Positions 17,275-25,622 of a stretch of DNA of 32,521 bases are shown piece after piece. Source of the DNA: a virus (Duplodnaviria > Caudoviricetes); the IMG/VR virus record IMGVR_UViG_3300037462_000481, positions 1 to 32,521 of that record; one strand, written 5' to 3'. Numbering within the stretch: position 1 is the stretch's first letter; the number at the start of each line of letters is the position of its first letter. Under the pieces are notes generated by a model. The model saw only the letters and a program-made list of their open reading frames with translations, made no database searches and was not told where the DNA came from. The position numbers were made by a program, and so were the translations under genes.

Positions 17275-19548
17275 ATGGCCGTCATGCTCGAAACGACGAA
17301 CTCGCTCCGCTTCCCGGTTCGCAGCCGGGTGTCGTATCGCAGCGCCTGGACCGCCGAATGGACCGAGGCCGAGGACGTTTATCTCGACTCGCTCTCGCTG
17401 GTCGCCAATCCGCAAATCAGCGGCGCGGCGTGCTCGATGCGCTACGGCTGGATCCGCCAACCCGATGAGATCCCCGCCGCCGAAGTCGAAGCCCTCGATC
17501 TGCTCAACAAGTTCGTCCGTGTCGAGATCTACGAATCGCTCTCCGGCGAGATCGATCGGACCTGGGTCGGCGTCTGCCGCGGGCAAGTCGACGTCGACGA
17601 GGGGGTCCACAAGCTGACCAAGCGCAACCAGTTCGGCGTCGTCGAGTACGAATACCCGGCGACCGGCGTGCGGCAGTACACCGTGCTGGGAATTGAGAGC
17701 CTGCTCGACAACCAGGTCGTCCTCGAAAGCGGCTGCGAAAAGCCGACGGAGACTGGCTGGTGGCTCGTGCATCGCGGTCTGACGTTCAACGAGCCGCACC
17801 AACGCGGCAAGGCCGCCAGCGAAGCAACCACCGGCAATCGCTCGACCAGTAAGACCGAAGTCCGCACCGGCCGCGAGGTCTACCTGTTTCCCAAGAACCT
17901 CGACGCCGCGGCCCGCTGGACGTCGCTCGACATTGCCGAGTACCTGCTGGCGTTGTTTTCGCCGGCCAGCGAAGACGGCGCGGCGCGGGTCAACTTTGTT
18001 CTGAATTATTCTTTTGACTTCGCTCTCGTGTGGTACGAGACGCCGATTCTGGCGAGCGAAGGCCGCACCGTTTGGTCGCTGTTGAATCAGCTCTTCGATC
18101 GCCGCCGCGGGATCGCGTTCCGGGTCGATTACAACACCGACACCAACAACATCGAGCTGGTGCTGTTCACGTTCAACCCGAGCGCGATCACCAGCGGCGA
18201 CGACGAGCTGCCGGCCAACCCGACGGCGACCGATCTCGATCTCGACGACGCGGCCGACATCGAAGGGCTGACGATCAACAGCGAAGCGCTGGCGTATGTT
18301 AATCAGGTTGTGGTCCGCGGGGCGCGGGCCGTGACAGTCTGCACCGTCTCGGAAGCCGATCAGACTTCGACCAACTACTGGGCCGAAGCCGATCAAACGG
18401 CCTACGCGACCGCCGGCGAAGACGAACCCGACTTTGCCACGCTCGACGAGGACGAGCAAGAGCTCGTGCGGCAGGAAGCGCGTGCGACCGAGCGGTTTGC
18501 CAAGGTCTACCGCGATTACGGGCTGCCGGTTGCTTGGGATGGCCTGGTCGGTGACGGCGAAGGGGGCGACACGAATCCTTATTTCCCCGACGTCTACGGC
18601 AACGAAGCGGCCGACACGCTCAACTATTGGATCGCCGGGCTGCGCTACGAACCGCAACTGCCGCTGCGCACCAACAGCGACTATGCCGACGACGCGATCG
18701 AGACGGGCGTCGTCAACACGACAGCGACCAATCAGCCTTGGGAGTATCGGCCGATCCTGGCCTGTGCCAAGACGAGCGTGCAGCTCCTGCCGCAAGAAAT
18801 CCAAGACGACCTGGGCAACAGCGATTTTGATTACGACGGCCGCTGGTTGAACCTGATCGAGTGGGACAAAAACCCGGCCCTCGAATTTGCGCCCAACCTG
18901 TACGCCGTCACGCCGCGGCCGTTGCAAGATGCGCCCGGGTTGTCGCTGCGCGTGCAAGGTGCCCCGCAGTTCGTGATGGGGGGCTCGGGCGTGAGCGATC
19001 TCTTGGAGTATTACTGCTTGGCGCGGATCGATCCGAGCTACCTGACGGCCACCGTCGCCTTCGAGGTCGATGGCTGGTGCGAGGGGAAGTATCCGCTCTC
19101 GGTCAGCGGCGGCGCGATCGTCGAACGCCTGGTGATCAACGCCGGCGAGCGGGCCAAGCTGATCTATGTTGCGCCCGGTACCGTCGTCGATCTGAAAGAC
19201 GGCGCGCTGGTCCGCAGCGAAGGGGGGTATCTGCGCGACGACCGGCCGAAGCTCGAAGCGCTCGCGCGGTTCGCCTATCGCTGGTACGCTACGCCGCGCA
19301 AGAGCGTGAGCTTTACGATCAACCGGATCCTGCTGCAGCCCGAGATCGCGATCGGCCAAATGATCACGCGGGTCGGCGGCGGCGGCCCCGCGCCCGGCGG
19401 ACCGTTCCGCTGGATCACGATCAACACGCCGATCACCTCGATCAGCTACGAGTTCCCCGAGGGGGCTGGCCCGCGGCCGCCGTTTCAACGCACACGGGTC
19501 GCCACGGATTTTGCGGCGTTAGATTTCACGAGCTTTTACCGAGACTAG
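17275..19548 (+). CDS. Probable tail tip / baseplate hub protein
   Basis: 757 aa, acidic; LLDNQVV, TVWSLLNQL and VNQVVVRG segments resemble hub proteins; synteny. Confidence 0.65.
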   Translation: MAVMLETTNSLRFPVRSRVSYRSAWTAEWTEAEDVYLDSLSLVANPQISGAACSMRYGWIRQPDEIPAAEVEALDLLNKFVRVEIYESLSGEIDRTWVGVCRGQVDVDEGVHKLTKRNQFGVVEYEYPATGVRQYTVLGIESLLDNQVVLESGCEKPTETGWWLVHRGLTFNEPHQRGKAASEATTGNRSTSKTEVRTGREVYLFPKNLDAAARWTSLDIAEYLLALFSPASEDGAARVNFVLNYSFDFALVWYETPILASEGRTVWSLLNQLFDRRRGIAFRVDYNTDTNNIELVLFTFNPSAITSGDDELPANPTATDLDLDDAADIEGLTINSEALAYVNQVVVRGARAVTVCTVSEADQTSTNYWAEADQTAYATAGEDEPDFATLDEDEQELVRQEARATERFAKVYRDYGLPVAWDGLVGDGEGGDTNPYFPDVYGNEAADTLNYWIAGLRYEPQLPLRTNSDYADDAIETGVVNTTATNQPWEYRPILACAKTSVQLLPQEIQDDLGNSDFDYDGRWLNLIEWDKNPALEFAPNLYAVTPRPLQDAPGLSLRVQGAPQFVMGGSGVSDLLEYYCLARIDPSYLTATVAFEVDGWCEGKYPLSVSGGAIVERLVINAGERAKLIYVAPGTVVDLKDGALVRSEGGYLRDDRPKLEALARFAYRWYATPRKSVSFTINRILLQPEIAIGQMITRVGGGGPAPGGPFRWITINTPITSISYEFPEGAGPRPPFQRTRVATDFAALDFTSFYRD

Positions 19549-19549
19549 C

Positions 19550-20812
19550 ATGGGTCCGCAAGGGAGTAACAGCGATCGGATTGCCGACCTCGAGCAGCAG
19601 CTCGCGGCCGAGCGGCGCCGCACGGCGACGCAGTACCGGCCCCAGGCCCCGCGCTCGGGGCTGATGATCAAAAACGCGATCAGCGCTCTCCCTCCCGACG
19701 CCGAAGAGGGAGCCGATTTTGCAGCGACGGACCGGCCGTGGATCATCTTTGTCGAGCCCGAGACGACGATCGATTTTGAGCTGGTCGAGCCGAAGCGGAG
19801 CGAGCTGCCGCGAGTTCGCGCGCAGACGCGAGACGGCAGTCTGGTCACCGCCGCCGGTCAGAAGCTGGTGGTTTATTGTTACGCCGGCCGCTGGTGGATC
19901 GTGCCCCCCGAGGGGCTGCAGCTGGTCTACCTGGGCGATCCGGCGTCCAGCGATCCGTATGTCGAGCCGGAAGATCCCGAGGACGCGTACGACGCGCGGC
20001 TCTACACGCTGGGGAACGACCTGGCAGGCGAAGTGACCGAGACCAAGGTCTGGCTCTTTGTGGGGCAACGCTACGAAGATCACGGCACCGTCACGCCGTT
20101 GCCGCGCGGCCTGGTGCTCTTGGCCAAAGCCTTCGGCACCTTGGAAGTTGGCGACCCGGTTGACGAGCGCGCGGCATTCTACGCCGATCACTGGCAGTGG
20201 CTCTGGGTCAAGCTCGACGGGGCCGCGGGGACCAAGTTGCCCGACAAAGACACCGAGCGCGACAGCACGGCGTTGCTGCTCGACAAAGACGGGACCGAGA
20301 CGACCGTCGAGATCACGGTCCACAATCACACGGGCACCACGATCCCCGGCGACGCGAGGGTGTTTGTCTACTATCACCAAGAGAGCGGCCAGTGGTGGAT
20401 CCTCCACCCGCCCGCCGGCACGATCGTGCGGGCCAAGGTGCTCGACGCGACGATCACCACGGCGGGCGATGTCAATCTCTACGACGACAACGCGGCCGGC
20501 TGGTCGGCCGACGCGACCGCGATCGTCAACCGCGGCCGGCCGTTGTTCAAGGACGAGGAACTGACCGTCGGCTTGAATCGCTCGGGCGAATGGGTACCGC
20601 TCGAACTGCCGACGCACACCCTCGAAGGGACCGCCGCGGCCGACATCACCAAAGGAAGCTCGGGCAATGTCACCTTGAGCGAGTACACCGACACGCCGAC
20701 GATCACTGCCTGGTCGTACCTCGGTGCGATCGCCAACGGCGACAAGGTCTACGTGATTTGGTTCAACGCCAAGTGGCGGATCATCGCGGCCGAGTGCCCG
20801 GAGGAGGCATAA
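19550..20812 (+). CDS. Tail protein with about 5 repeated beta modules
   Basis: Repeating module ends YAGRWWIV, YADHWQWL, QESGQWWIL, RSGEWVPL and FNAKWRII. Confidence 0.7.
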   Translation: MGPQGSNSDRIADLEQQLAAERRRTATQYRPQAPRSGLMIKNAISALPPDAEEGADFAATDRPWIIFVEPETTIDFELVEPKRSELPRVRAQTRDGSLVTAAGQKLVVYCYAGRWWIVPPEGLQLVYLGDPASSDPYVEPEDPEDAYDARLYTLGNDLAGEVTETKVWLFVGQRYEDHGTVTPLPRGLVLLAKAFGTLEVGDPVDERAAFYADHWQWLWVKLDGAAGTKLPDKDTERDSTALLLDKDGTETTVEITVHNHTGTTIPGDARVFVYYHQESGQWWILHPPAGTIVRAKVLDATITTAGDVNLYDDNAAGWSADATAIVNRGRPLFKDEELTVGLNRSGEWVPLELPTHTLEGTAAADITKGSSGNVTLSEYTDTPTITAWSYLGAIANGDKVYVIWFNAKWRIIAAECPEEA

Positions 20813-21891
20813 TGGCCAGCGGCTTCAAATTCTCACCGCGCTGCGATGCGTCCGCCACGTGCTGCGGCGGCGGCGCAAACTGCACGTGGTTCGATGACGA
20901 CTTCGAGCGCGCGGCGAGCTCGACGCTCGGCGATCAGTGGCAAGAGGTGGTCGGCGATTGGGAGATCGACGCCAGCGGCCGGCTCGTGGTCGACACCAGC
21001 GACGCCCGAGCGCGGCCGCGGTGGGAAAGCTCGCCCGGCATTTGGGTCAACTTCGACAACTTGAGCACGTTCGATCTGCGGGCGATCGTCTCGGCGACCG
21101 CCGACGGCGACGAGATCCTGTTCGGCACCCGCCACAGCACCGCCGGCGAGATCTACACACTTGGTCTGCGGGTCGGTGCCGCGGCAAAAATCTGGTTTGG
21201 CGACACCGATCCGGCGGGTGCCGTGTGGTACGATTGCCCCGTCACCGCCGCGGCCAACACCGAGCACGAGCTCGTGATGGACTGCGGCGTGATCTATCTC
21301 AACGGCACGGCCGTCGCCAACGTGATCGGCTTGATCGACCGGACGCAAGCGGCCGATTTCTTTGTTGGCACCAACGACGTCACGGGCGAGGTCCGGATCC
21401 ACGAGTTGGAGATCACCAAGACCCGCGTGAGCCATCCGGCGACTAGCTGCCCCACGTGTCCCGATTGCCCTACGTTTTTGGGTGAAACACCAGCCTCGCG
21501 GACGGTGACCGTCGCCGGGCACACCGGCCGCTGGGCCGTGCTGAATGGTGCTTATGTGGTCGATCAAACCCAGAGCTTTAATCGCACCGCCGGCAGCCCC
21601 GAATGTTTGTATGTGATCGAAGACCTGGGCATCAACTTCGACGTGTTTGGCGACGCCTCGGTCTTCGATACCGTCGATACGCTCACAATACGGCTGCAAG
21701 GCGGTGCGGCTAATGCGACGTTCCAAGGATCGATCGGCGGCGTGGATGTGCAATATCAAACTCCGTTCCCGTGGCCGCTCCCCTGCATTGGCGACGACAT
21801 CGTGCTCAATTATTCCTCGAGCGGTTACGGTGCGACGAACCTCGATCCCGGCAACAGCCAAGCAGGAGCGACGACCACGATTCCCCTATGA
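20812..21891 (+). CDS. Cys-rich tail tip / receptor-binding protein with a beta-sandwich region
   Basis: GGAGGAGG SD and TAATG overlap; starts MASGFKFSPRCDASATCCGGGANC; contains DDDFER...GDW and CPTCPDCP. Confidence 0.7.
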   Translation: MASGFKFSPRCDASATCCGGGANCTWFDDDFERAASSTLGDQWQEVVGDWEIDASGRLVVDTSDARARPRWESSPGIWVNFDNLSTFDLRAIVSATADGDEILFGTRHSTAGEIYTLGLRVGAAAKIWFGDTDPAGAVWYDCPVTAAANTEHELVMDCGVIYLNGTAVANVIGLIDRTQAADFFVGTNDVTGEVRIHELEITKTRVSHPATSCPTCPDCPTFLGETPASRTVTVAGHTGRWAVLNGAYVVDQTQSFNRTAGSPECLYVIEDLGINFDVFGDASVFDTVDTLTIRLQGGAANATFQGSIGGVDVQYQTPFPWPLPCIGDDIVLNYSSSGYGATNLDPGNSQAGATTTIPL

Positions 21892-22202
21892 GCCGCTGCC
21901 AATTTATTATCGCTGCACCCGGTCTGCTCACGTGCACAACTTGCAACGTGCCGCAGCCGAGCACGCACCCGCCCGAGTCGACATATCGGACCTGCCGGCC
22001 GGAGCGCCGCGCGGCCGTCGAGCAGCTGGCGTGCATTCACCGCGGCCCGCAGCTCGGCACCGTCGCGTGCGAGCTCGCCGGCTGCCGCAGCCAGATCAAA
22101 GTGTATAGCTGTGCGCTCCTGCAGGAGTGTACACTAAGTGCTAATGTCCCCAGCAAACCGTTCTGCGGCCAATGCGACGAGCGCACGCAGCTCCCTTACT
22201 GA
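21888..22202 (+). CDS. Small Cys-rich protein (104 aa, 11 Cys)
   Basis: ATGA overlap; CTTC, CELAGC and CGQC motifs. Confidence 0.7.
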   Translation: MSRCQFIIAAPGLLTCTTCNVPQPSTHPPESTYRTCRPERRAAVEQLACIHRGPQLGTVACELAGCRSQIKVYSCALLQECTLSANVPSKPFCGQCDERTQLPY

Positions 22203-22231
22203 TCTTTCCCCCCTCTTCCCCGAGGTGACCC

Positions 22232-22534
22232 ATGAACGAAGTCACGACTAGCCCAACCAAGCCCCGCGCGTTGGAAAACGTCTTTGGCGCGGATGTTTCC
22301 AGCGCCGTCTCCCTGGCGTCGCTCTGCACCGGCGTGACGCACGCGCTCCTGCAAGCCGAGGGAGGCGATCTGCGCTTCACGACCGACGGCAGCACGCCCA
22401 CGGCGAGTGTCGGTTTTCTGGTACCGGACGGCCAATGGTCCCCGGACATCATCACCGATCCGTCGCTGGTGATGCTCTTCGGCACCGAGGTCAACATCCT
22501 GCCGTTGCGCTACGGTCCGCCGCTGCAGTCGTAA
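22232..22534 (+). CDS. Small phage structural-type protein
   Basis: GAGGTG SD; LRFTTDGSTPTASVG motif. Confidence 0.7.
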   Translation: MNEVTTSPTKPRALENVFGADVSSAVSLASLCTGVTHALLQAEGGDLRFTTDGSTPTASVGFLVPDGQWSPDIITDPSLVMLFGTEVNILPLRYGPPLQS

Positions 22535-22649
22535 TGATTGGCCGGAGTAACGGCTTAAACGGCAGGCTATTTCGTCTCTGTACCCTGGGTGCCAGCGCAG
22601 AATTTCCGGCACTTGCGGGCCCGCTTCCTTGTTTTGGAGAACTCGACCG

Positions 22650-23792
22650 ATGAACTTGAGCCAACCGATCAGCCGCGCGTTGTCGCGCGGGTTCTCGCAA
22701 CGCCTCGGGGGCCGCGGCACCGCGGCTCCCGCCGGTTTCTCGCTCCGCGCCGCAGGGAACGGCGGCGGCAAGGCAGTGCTGAATTGGTCCGGCTTCAATC
22801 TCAACGCCGTCGATCCGCTGGGCTATTGGGTCTACGAATGGTCTGTCAACTCTGACATGTCCGGTGCTAACTCGGACATTCTGGGCAACCCCCTGGTGAA
22901 GACGACCGAGATCGAGATCGACGACCCGACCAACGATTACTATTTCCGGGTGTCGGGCTACGACTCGGGCGACGTCTTGCTAAAGCAAACCCAGATCGTT
23001 GGCCCAAAACCGATCCCCGGCTACACCGACGTCGCGGCGTTTATCGAAGCGCTTGAAGCCGAGAGCCGCACGGTTACGCAACTTGAGAGAGAAGCTCTCT
23101 ATGACGACAAGACGCGCGGCTTGGCAGCGGGGCACTACACCAAATTGTACGATCGTGTTTGGTTTGGCTGGGCCAACGCCAACGCGAACCGCGTGCGGCA
23201 AAAAGCCTTGACGAAGATTCCCGCCTTTACCGCCCCTGCGGCTCACAACGCGGGCCATGTCGATTTCGCCGGCGGCGGCTGCGGCAAGGTATGGTCGCCG
23301 GCCGATGCCTTTAGCTCTGTCGATAGCATTGGAAACCTAATTGGGACGGTCGGCTCTCGTGCGGTCGGGTCGTCGATCGACTTTGGCGTGCGCAACGCGG
23401 CCAACACGAACAACCTGGATTTGTTCTACGGCTACACGCTGGCTGTCGCGTCGTTTGGGAACAACGGCACGGCCCGAATCACCGCCGCCGCCGCCACCAT
23501 GCCGGAAGGCTTTTATCTCGCCAACCGCATCTCGGGCAACGCGCAGTTGCGCAGTTACATCGCCGGAACGCTGGCCACTCCTGCATCGGGCGCGGTCTCT
23601 GGCGGGGCCTTGTCGACGCACATGATGGCGATCGGCGGCTATGCTCTCGATAGCTCGTCTGTGGACAACCAGACGGGCCACAAATACTCGCAAGTCGCTT
23701 CGTACAACGGCCTGACCAACACTGAGCGCGACGACGCTTTGATCGATGCTTTAACAACCGAAATCGCCCTGGGATGGAGAACAGCCCCATGA
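22650..23792 (+). CDS. Tail fibre / adhesin-like protein (FN3-like N-domain plus ConA/LamG-like C-domain)
   Basis: GGAGA SD; AVLNW...YYFRVSGY FN3 pattern; C-terminal MAIGG...YNGLTNTE lectin-fold-like ending. Confidence 0.6.
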   Translation: MNLSQPISRALSRGFSQRLGGRGTAAPAGFSLRAAGNGGGKAVLNWSGFNLNAVDPLGYWVYEWSVNSDMSGANSDILGNPLVKTTEIEIDDPTNDYYFRVSGYDSGDVLLKQTQIVGPKPIPGYTDVAAFIEALEAESRTVTQLEREALYDDKTRGLAAGHYTKLYDRVWFGWANANANRVRQKALTKIPAFTAPAAHNAGHVDFAGGGCGKVWSPADAFSSVDSIGNLIGTVGSRAVGSSIDFGVRNAANTNNLDLFYGYTLAVASFGNNGTARITAAAATMPEGFYLANRISGNAQLRSYIAGTLATPASGAVSGGALSTHMMAIGGYALDSSSVDNQTGHKYSQVASYNGLTNTERDDALIDALTTEIALGWRTAP

Positions 23793-24331
23793 CATGCACC
23801 CCAGAAACACTCGCCGCCGCGGCTCGCTTTCGCGCGCGCGCAAAAGCCGCGCAGGCTCAAATCTACGCCGAGGAGAACGCGGCCGTCGAAGCCCGCAAGG
23901 GTGAGCTGCCGAAGCGCGACTTGGCCGAGCTGCGTCAGCTCCGCTACCAGATCGACGCAGCGCGAACCGCGCGGCAAACGCTGCGGGACTCGCTCGTCAC
24001 GCTGCGCGACACCGAGCAAGCCAAGCGGGCGCAGCTGCAGCTCGACCTCGACGCGGCCGTCGGCAAGGCCGCCAAGCACCCGATCCGGCTGGCGCTCGAC
24101 GAGTGCACGGCCAAGCTAGCCCAAGCGCGCGAAGATCTCGACGACGCCGACGCAACGCTCGACCAGTTGCGCGCCGCTCGCGACGAGCTGCTGCTGCAGG
24201 AGCGGATCACGACCGACGCGACAACGGTCGAGGACGTGCCGGAAATCACCCGCCGCAAGGAGCAGCAAGCCGCCGAGGCCGAAGAGCGGCGGCAGTGGCT
24301 GGCAAAACGGGCCAGCCGGCAAGAATCCTAA
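23789..24331 (+). CDS. Coiled-coil protein, last gene of the late operon
   Basis: ATGA overlap, GGAGA SD, A/E/R/L/Q-rich. Confidence 0.7.
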   Translation: MTCTPETLAAAARFRARAKAAQAQIYAEENAAVEARKGELPKRDLAELRQLRYQIDAARTARQTLRDSLVTLRDTEQAKRAQLQLDLDAAVGKAAKHPIRLALDECTAKLAQAREDLDDADATLDQLRAARDELLLQERITTDATTVEDVPEITRRKEQQAAEAEERRQWLAKRASRQES

Positions 24332-24349
24332 AGCCTCAAATCCCCCCAA

Positions 24350-24398
24350 ACCCGGCTTCATAAGCCGGGTGTCGCCGGTTCAAGTCCGGCCGTCGCTA
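24350..24398 (+). other. Attachment site: 3' half of a CAT-anticodon tRNA (Met or Ile2)
   Basis: Anticodon arm CCGGC-TTCATAA-GCCGG, variable loop GTGTC, T arm GCCGG-TTCAAGT-CCGGC, acceptor strand CGTCGCT-A. No D arm or 5' acceptor strand upstream. Confidence 0.9.
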
Positions 24399-24413
24399 GT
24401 CGTGTCGAGTTCG

Positions 24414-24430
24414 CCCCGCAATTTGCGGGG
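24414..24430 (+). terminator. Hairpin just downstream of the tRNA fragment
   Basis: CCCCGCA-ATT-TGCGGGG. Confidence 0.45.
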
Positions 24431-24453
24431 TCAAATGCGTGTTTCCGCACACG

Positions 24454-24482
24454 AAAAACCACCCGGCCATACAGGCCGGGTG
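24454..24482 (-). terminator. Putative intrinsic terminator on the minus strand
   Basis: 9-bp stem CACCCGGCC/GGCCGGGTG preceded by AAAAA on the + strand. Confidence 0.55.
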
Positions 24483-24674
24483 ACTCGACCCACGAGCGAC
24501 GGAATCGACTGTGCCGTGTCCGGGTCGCGCCCGGGCCATTGTTTGGCGACAAGCCCTCAATTGCAGGTACCGGGCACGGTCGATTCCGTTTTTTGATTGC
24601 TTTTCCCCCGCGCGATTGCTACCACTAGGGAAGGCAACTTCTGCAACGCGTTCAAGCATGAAAGGGCAGCCGGC

Positions 24675-25256
24675 ATGCGTCTTTGGTTGGGCACACTCTT
24701 GGTATTTCTCACAGGTTCGCTCTGGGCACAACCGGGCAATCCCTTCGACAACCCGCTGCAGCCGCAGCTCGACTTTGAAAAGGCCTTGATCGAAGAGGTC
24801 GAGCAAGTCGGCGACACCGAGCGGCTGACCAGCGCGCAGAAAAAAGCGGCCTGGGAAGAGCTCGAAAAACGTCTGGTCGCCAAGCTCGGGGCCAAGCCCT
24901 GGGTGATCACGCTGCGCGTCGAGGACGTGCGCGCCGACAGCAGAAATCCGCGCCTGCACGAGGTCCGCTTCGAGCCGACGATCGCCGTGCCAGGATCCTC
25001 CTGCACCTGGCGTTTCAACGGCAACCGGATCAAGCTGCCGATCGACAAAGCGGCCGCTGCGAAGATTCACAAAGGGGACTACATCGACTTCACCGGCGTG
25101 CCGCTCAAGCTCGCGGCCGACGCCCCCAACGTCAAGAAAGTCGAGTACGAGCGAAGGATCAATCGCGGCTTGGCGGTCCCGATCACCATCCAGCACGAGA
25201 AGGCCGCATCGTTCAGCGTGGTCGTCGCCGAGCTCAAGTACAAACTCACGAAATAG
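24675..25256 (+). CDS. Secreted hypothetical cargo protein
   Basis: Signal peptide MRLWLGTLLVFLTGSLWA|Q. Confidence 0.75.
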   Translation: MRLWLGTLLVFLTGSLWAQPGNPFDNPLQPQLDFEKALIEEVEQVGDTERLTSAQKKAAWEELEKRLVAKLGAKPWVITLRVEDVRADSRNPRLHEVRFEPTIAVPGSSCTWRFNGNRIKLPIDKAAAAKIHKGDYIDFTGVPLKLAADAPNVKKVEYERRINRGLAVPITIQHEKAASFSVVVAELKYKLTK

Positions 25257-25262
25257 AAACAA

Positions 25263-25424
25263 ATGTCGCTACTTTTTGCAGCTGATGCGATACCAGTGAT
25301 CGTTGTCGAAGCGCCGGAAGCTAAGGCGCTTTTTTGGGGGACTTGGTTGGCCTCGATCGTTCTCGGCGTGATCGTCGCACATGCCAAGGACGCCAAACAC
25401 TACGCGCTCTTGGCAACTTTTTTT
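25263..25424 (+). pseudogene. 5' part of a membrane zinc-ribbon gene interrupted by IS1595
   Basis: Joins in frame with 27517-27729 once the IS and one TSD copy are removed. Confidence 0.85.
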
Positions 25425-25471
25425 GGTAACGAATCACTTGACGCTCCACGGTGAACTATGAAAAACGATAA

Positions 25472-25603
25472 CTATTTTCGTCGCTTACGTTTCGGCTTCG
25501 CTGCAATCTGCGCTTCGACTTCGGCGCGCGGAACTTGCACAAGCAGCTTCGCGAGCGCGTTGAATTTGCCGAATCCTTTGGGCTTGGTCTGTTTCTTGCT
25601 CAT
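25472..25603 (-). CDS. Small basic protein (43 aa) downstream of the transposase
   Basis: AAGGA SD; MSKKQTKPKGFGKFNALAKLLVQVPRAEVEAQIAAKPKRKRRK; below the ORF-track size cutoff. Confidence 0.7.
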   Translation of the reverse strand: MSKKQTKPKGFGKFNALAKLLVQVPRAEVEAQIAAKPKRKRRK

Positions 25604-25622
25604 CGCATCGTCCTTTGCGTTT

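Noticed and set aside
878-19488. Long minus-strand ORFs (878-3358, 5642-8074, 9496-11022, 11056-12636, 14624-16741, 17215-19488)
   Set aside because: Antisense shadows of well-supported + strand genes in high-GC DNA; no motifs or SDs.
20197-20811. N-terminal extension of the 564-aa ORF
   Set aside because: Overlaps the 19550-20812 gene out of frame; the real start is ATG 20812 with a GGAGGAGG SD.
22540-22625. Fluoride or c-di-GMP-II riboswitch, or pistol ribozyme
   Set aside because: Only fragments match (GGAGT...TAAAC, GGCACTT); the required partner motifs and pseudoknots are missing.
19550-24331. Diversity-generating retroelement or invertible fibre cassette
   Set aside because: No reverse transcriptase, no TR/VR pair differing at adenines, and no inverted fibre segments were seen by eye.
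24350-24398. Complete tRNA-Met gene
   Set aside because: No D arm or 5' acceptor strand; the upstream sequence is the end of a CDS and a C/A-rich spacer.
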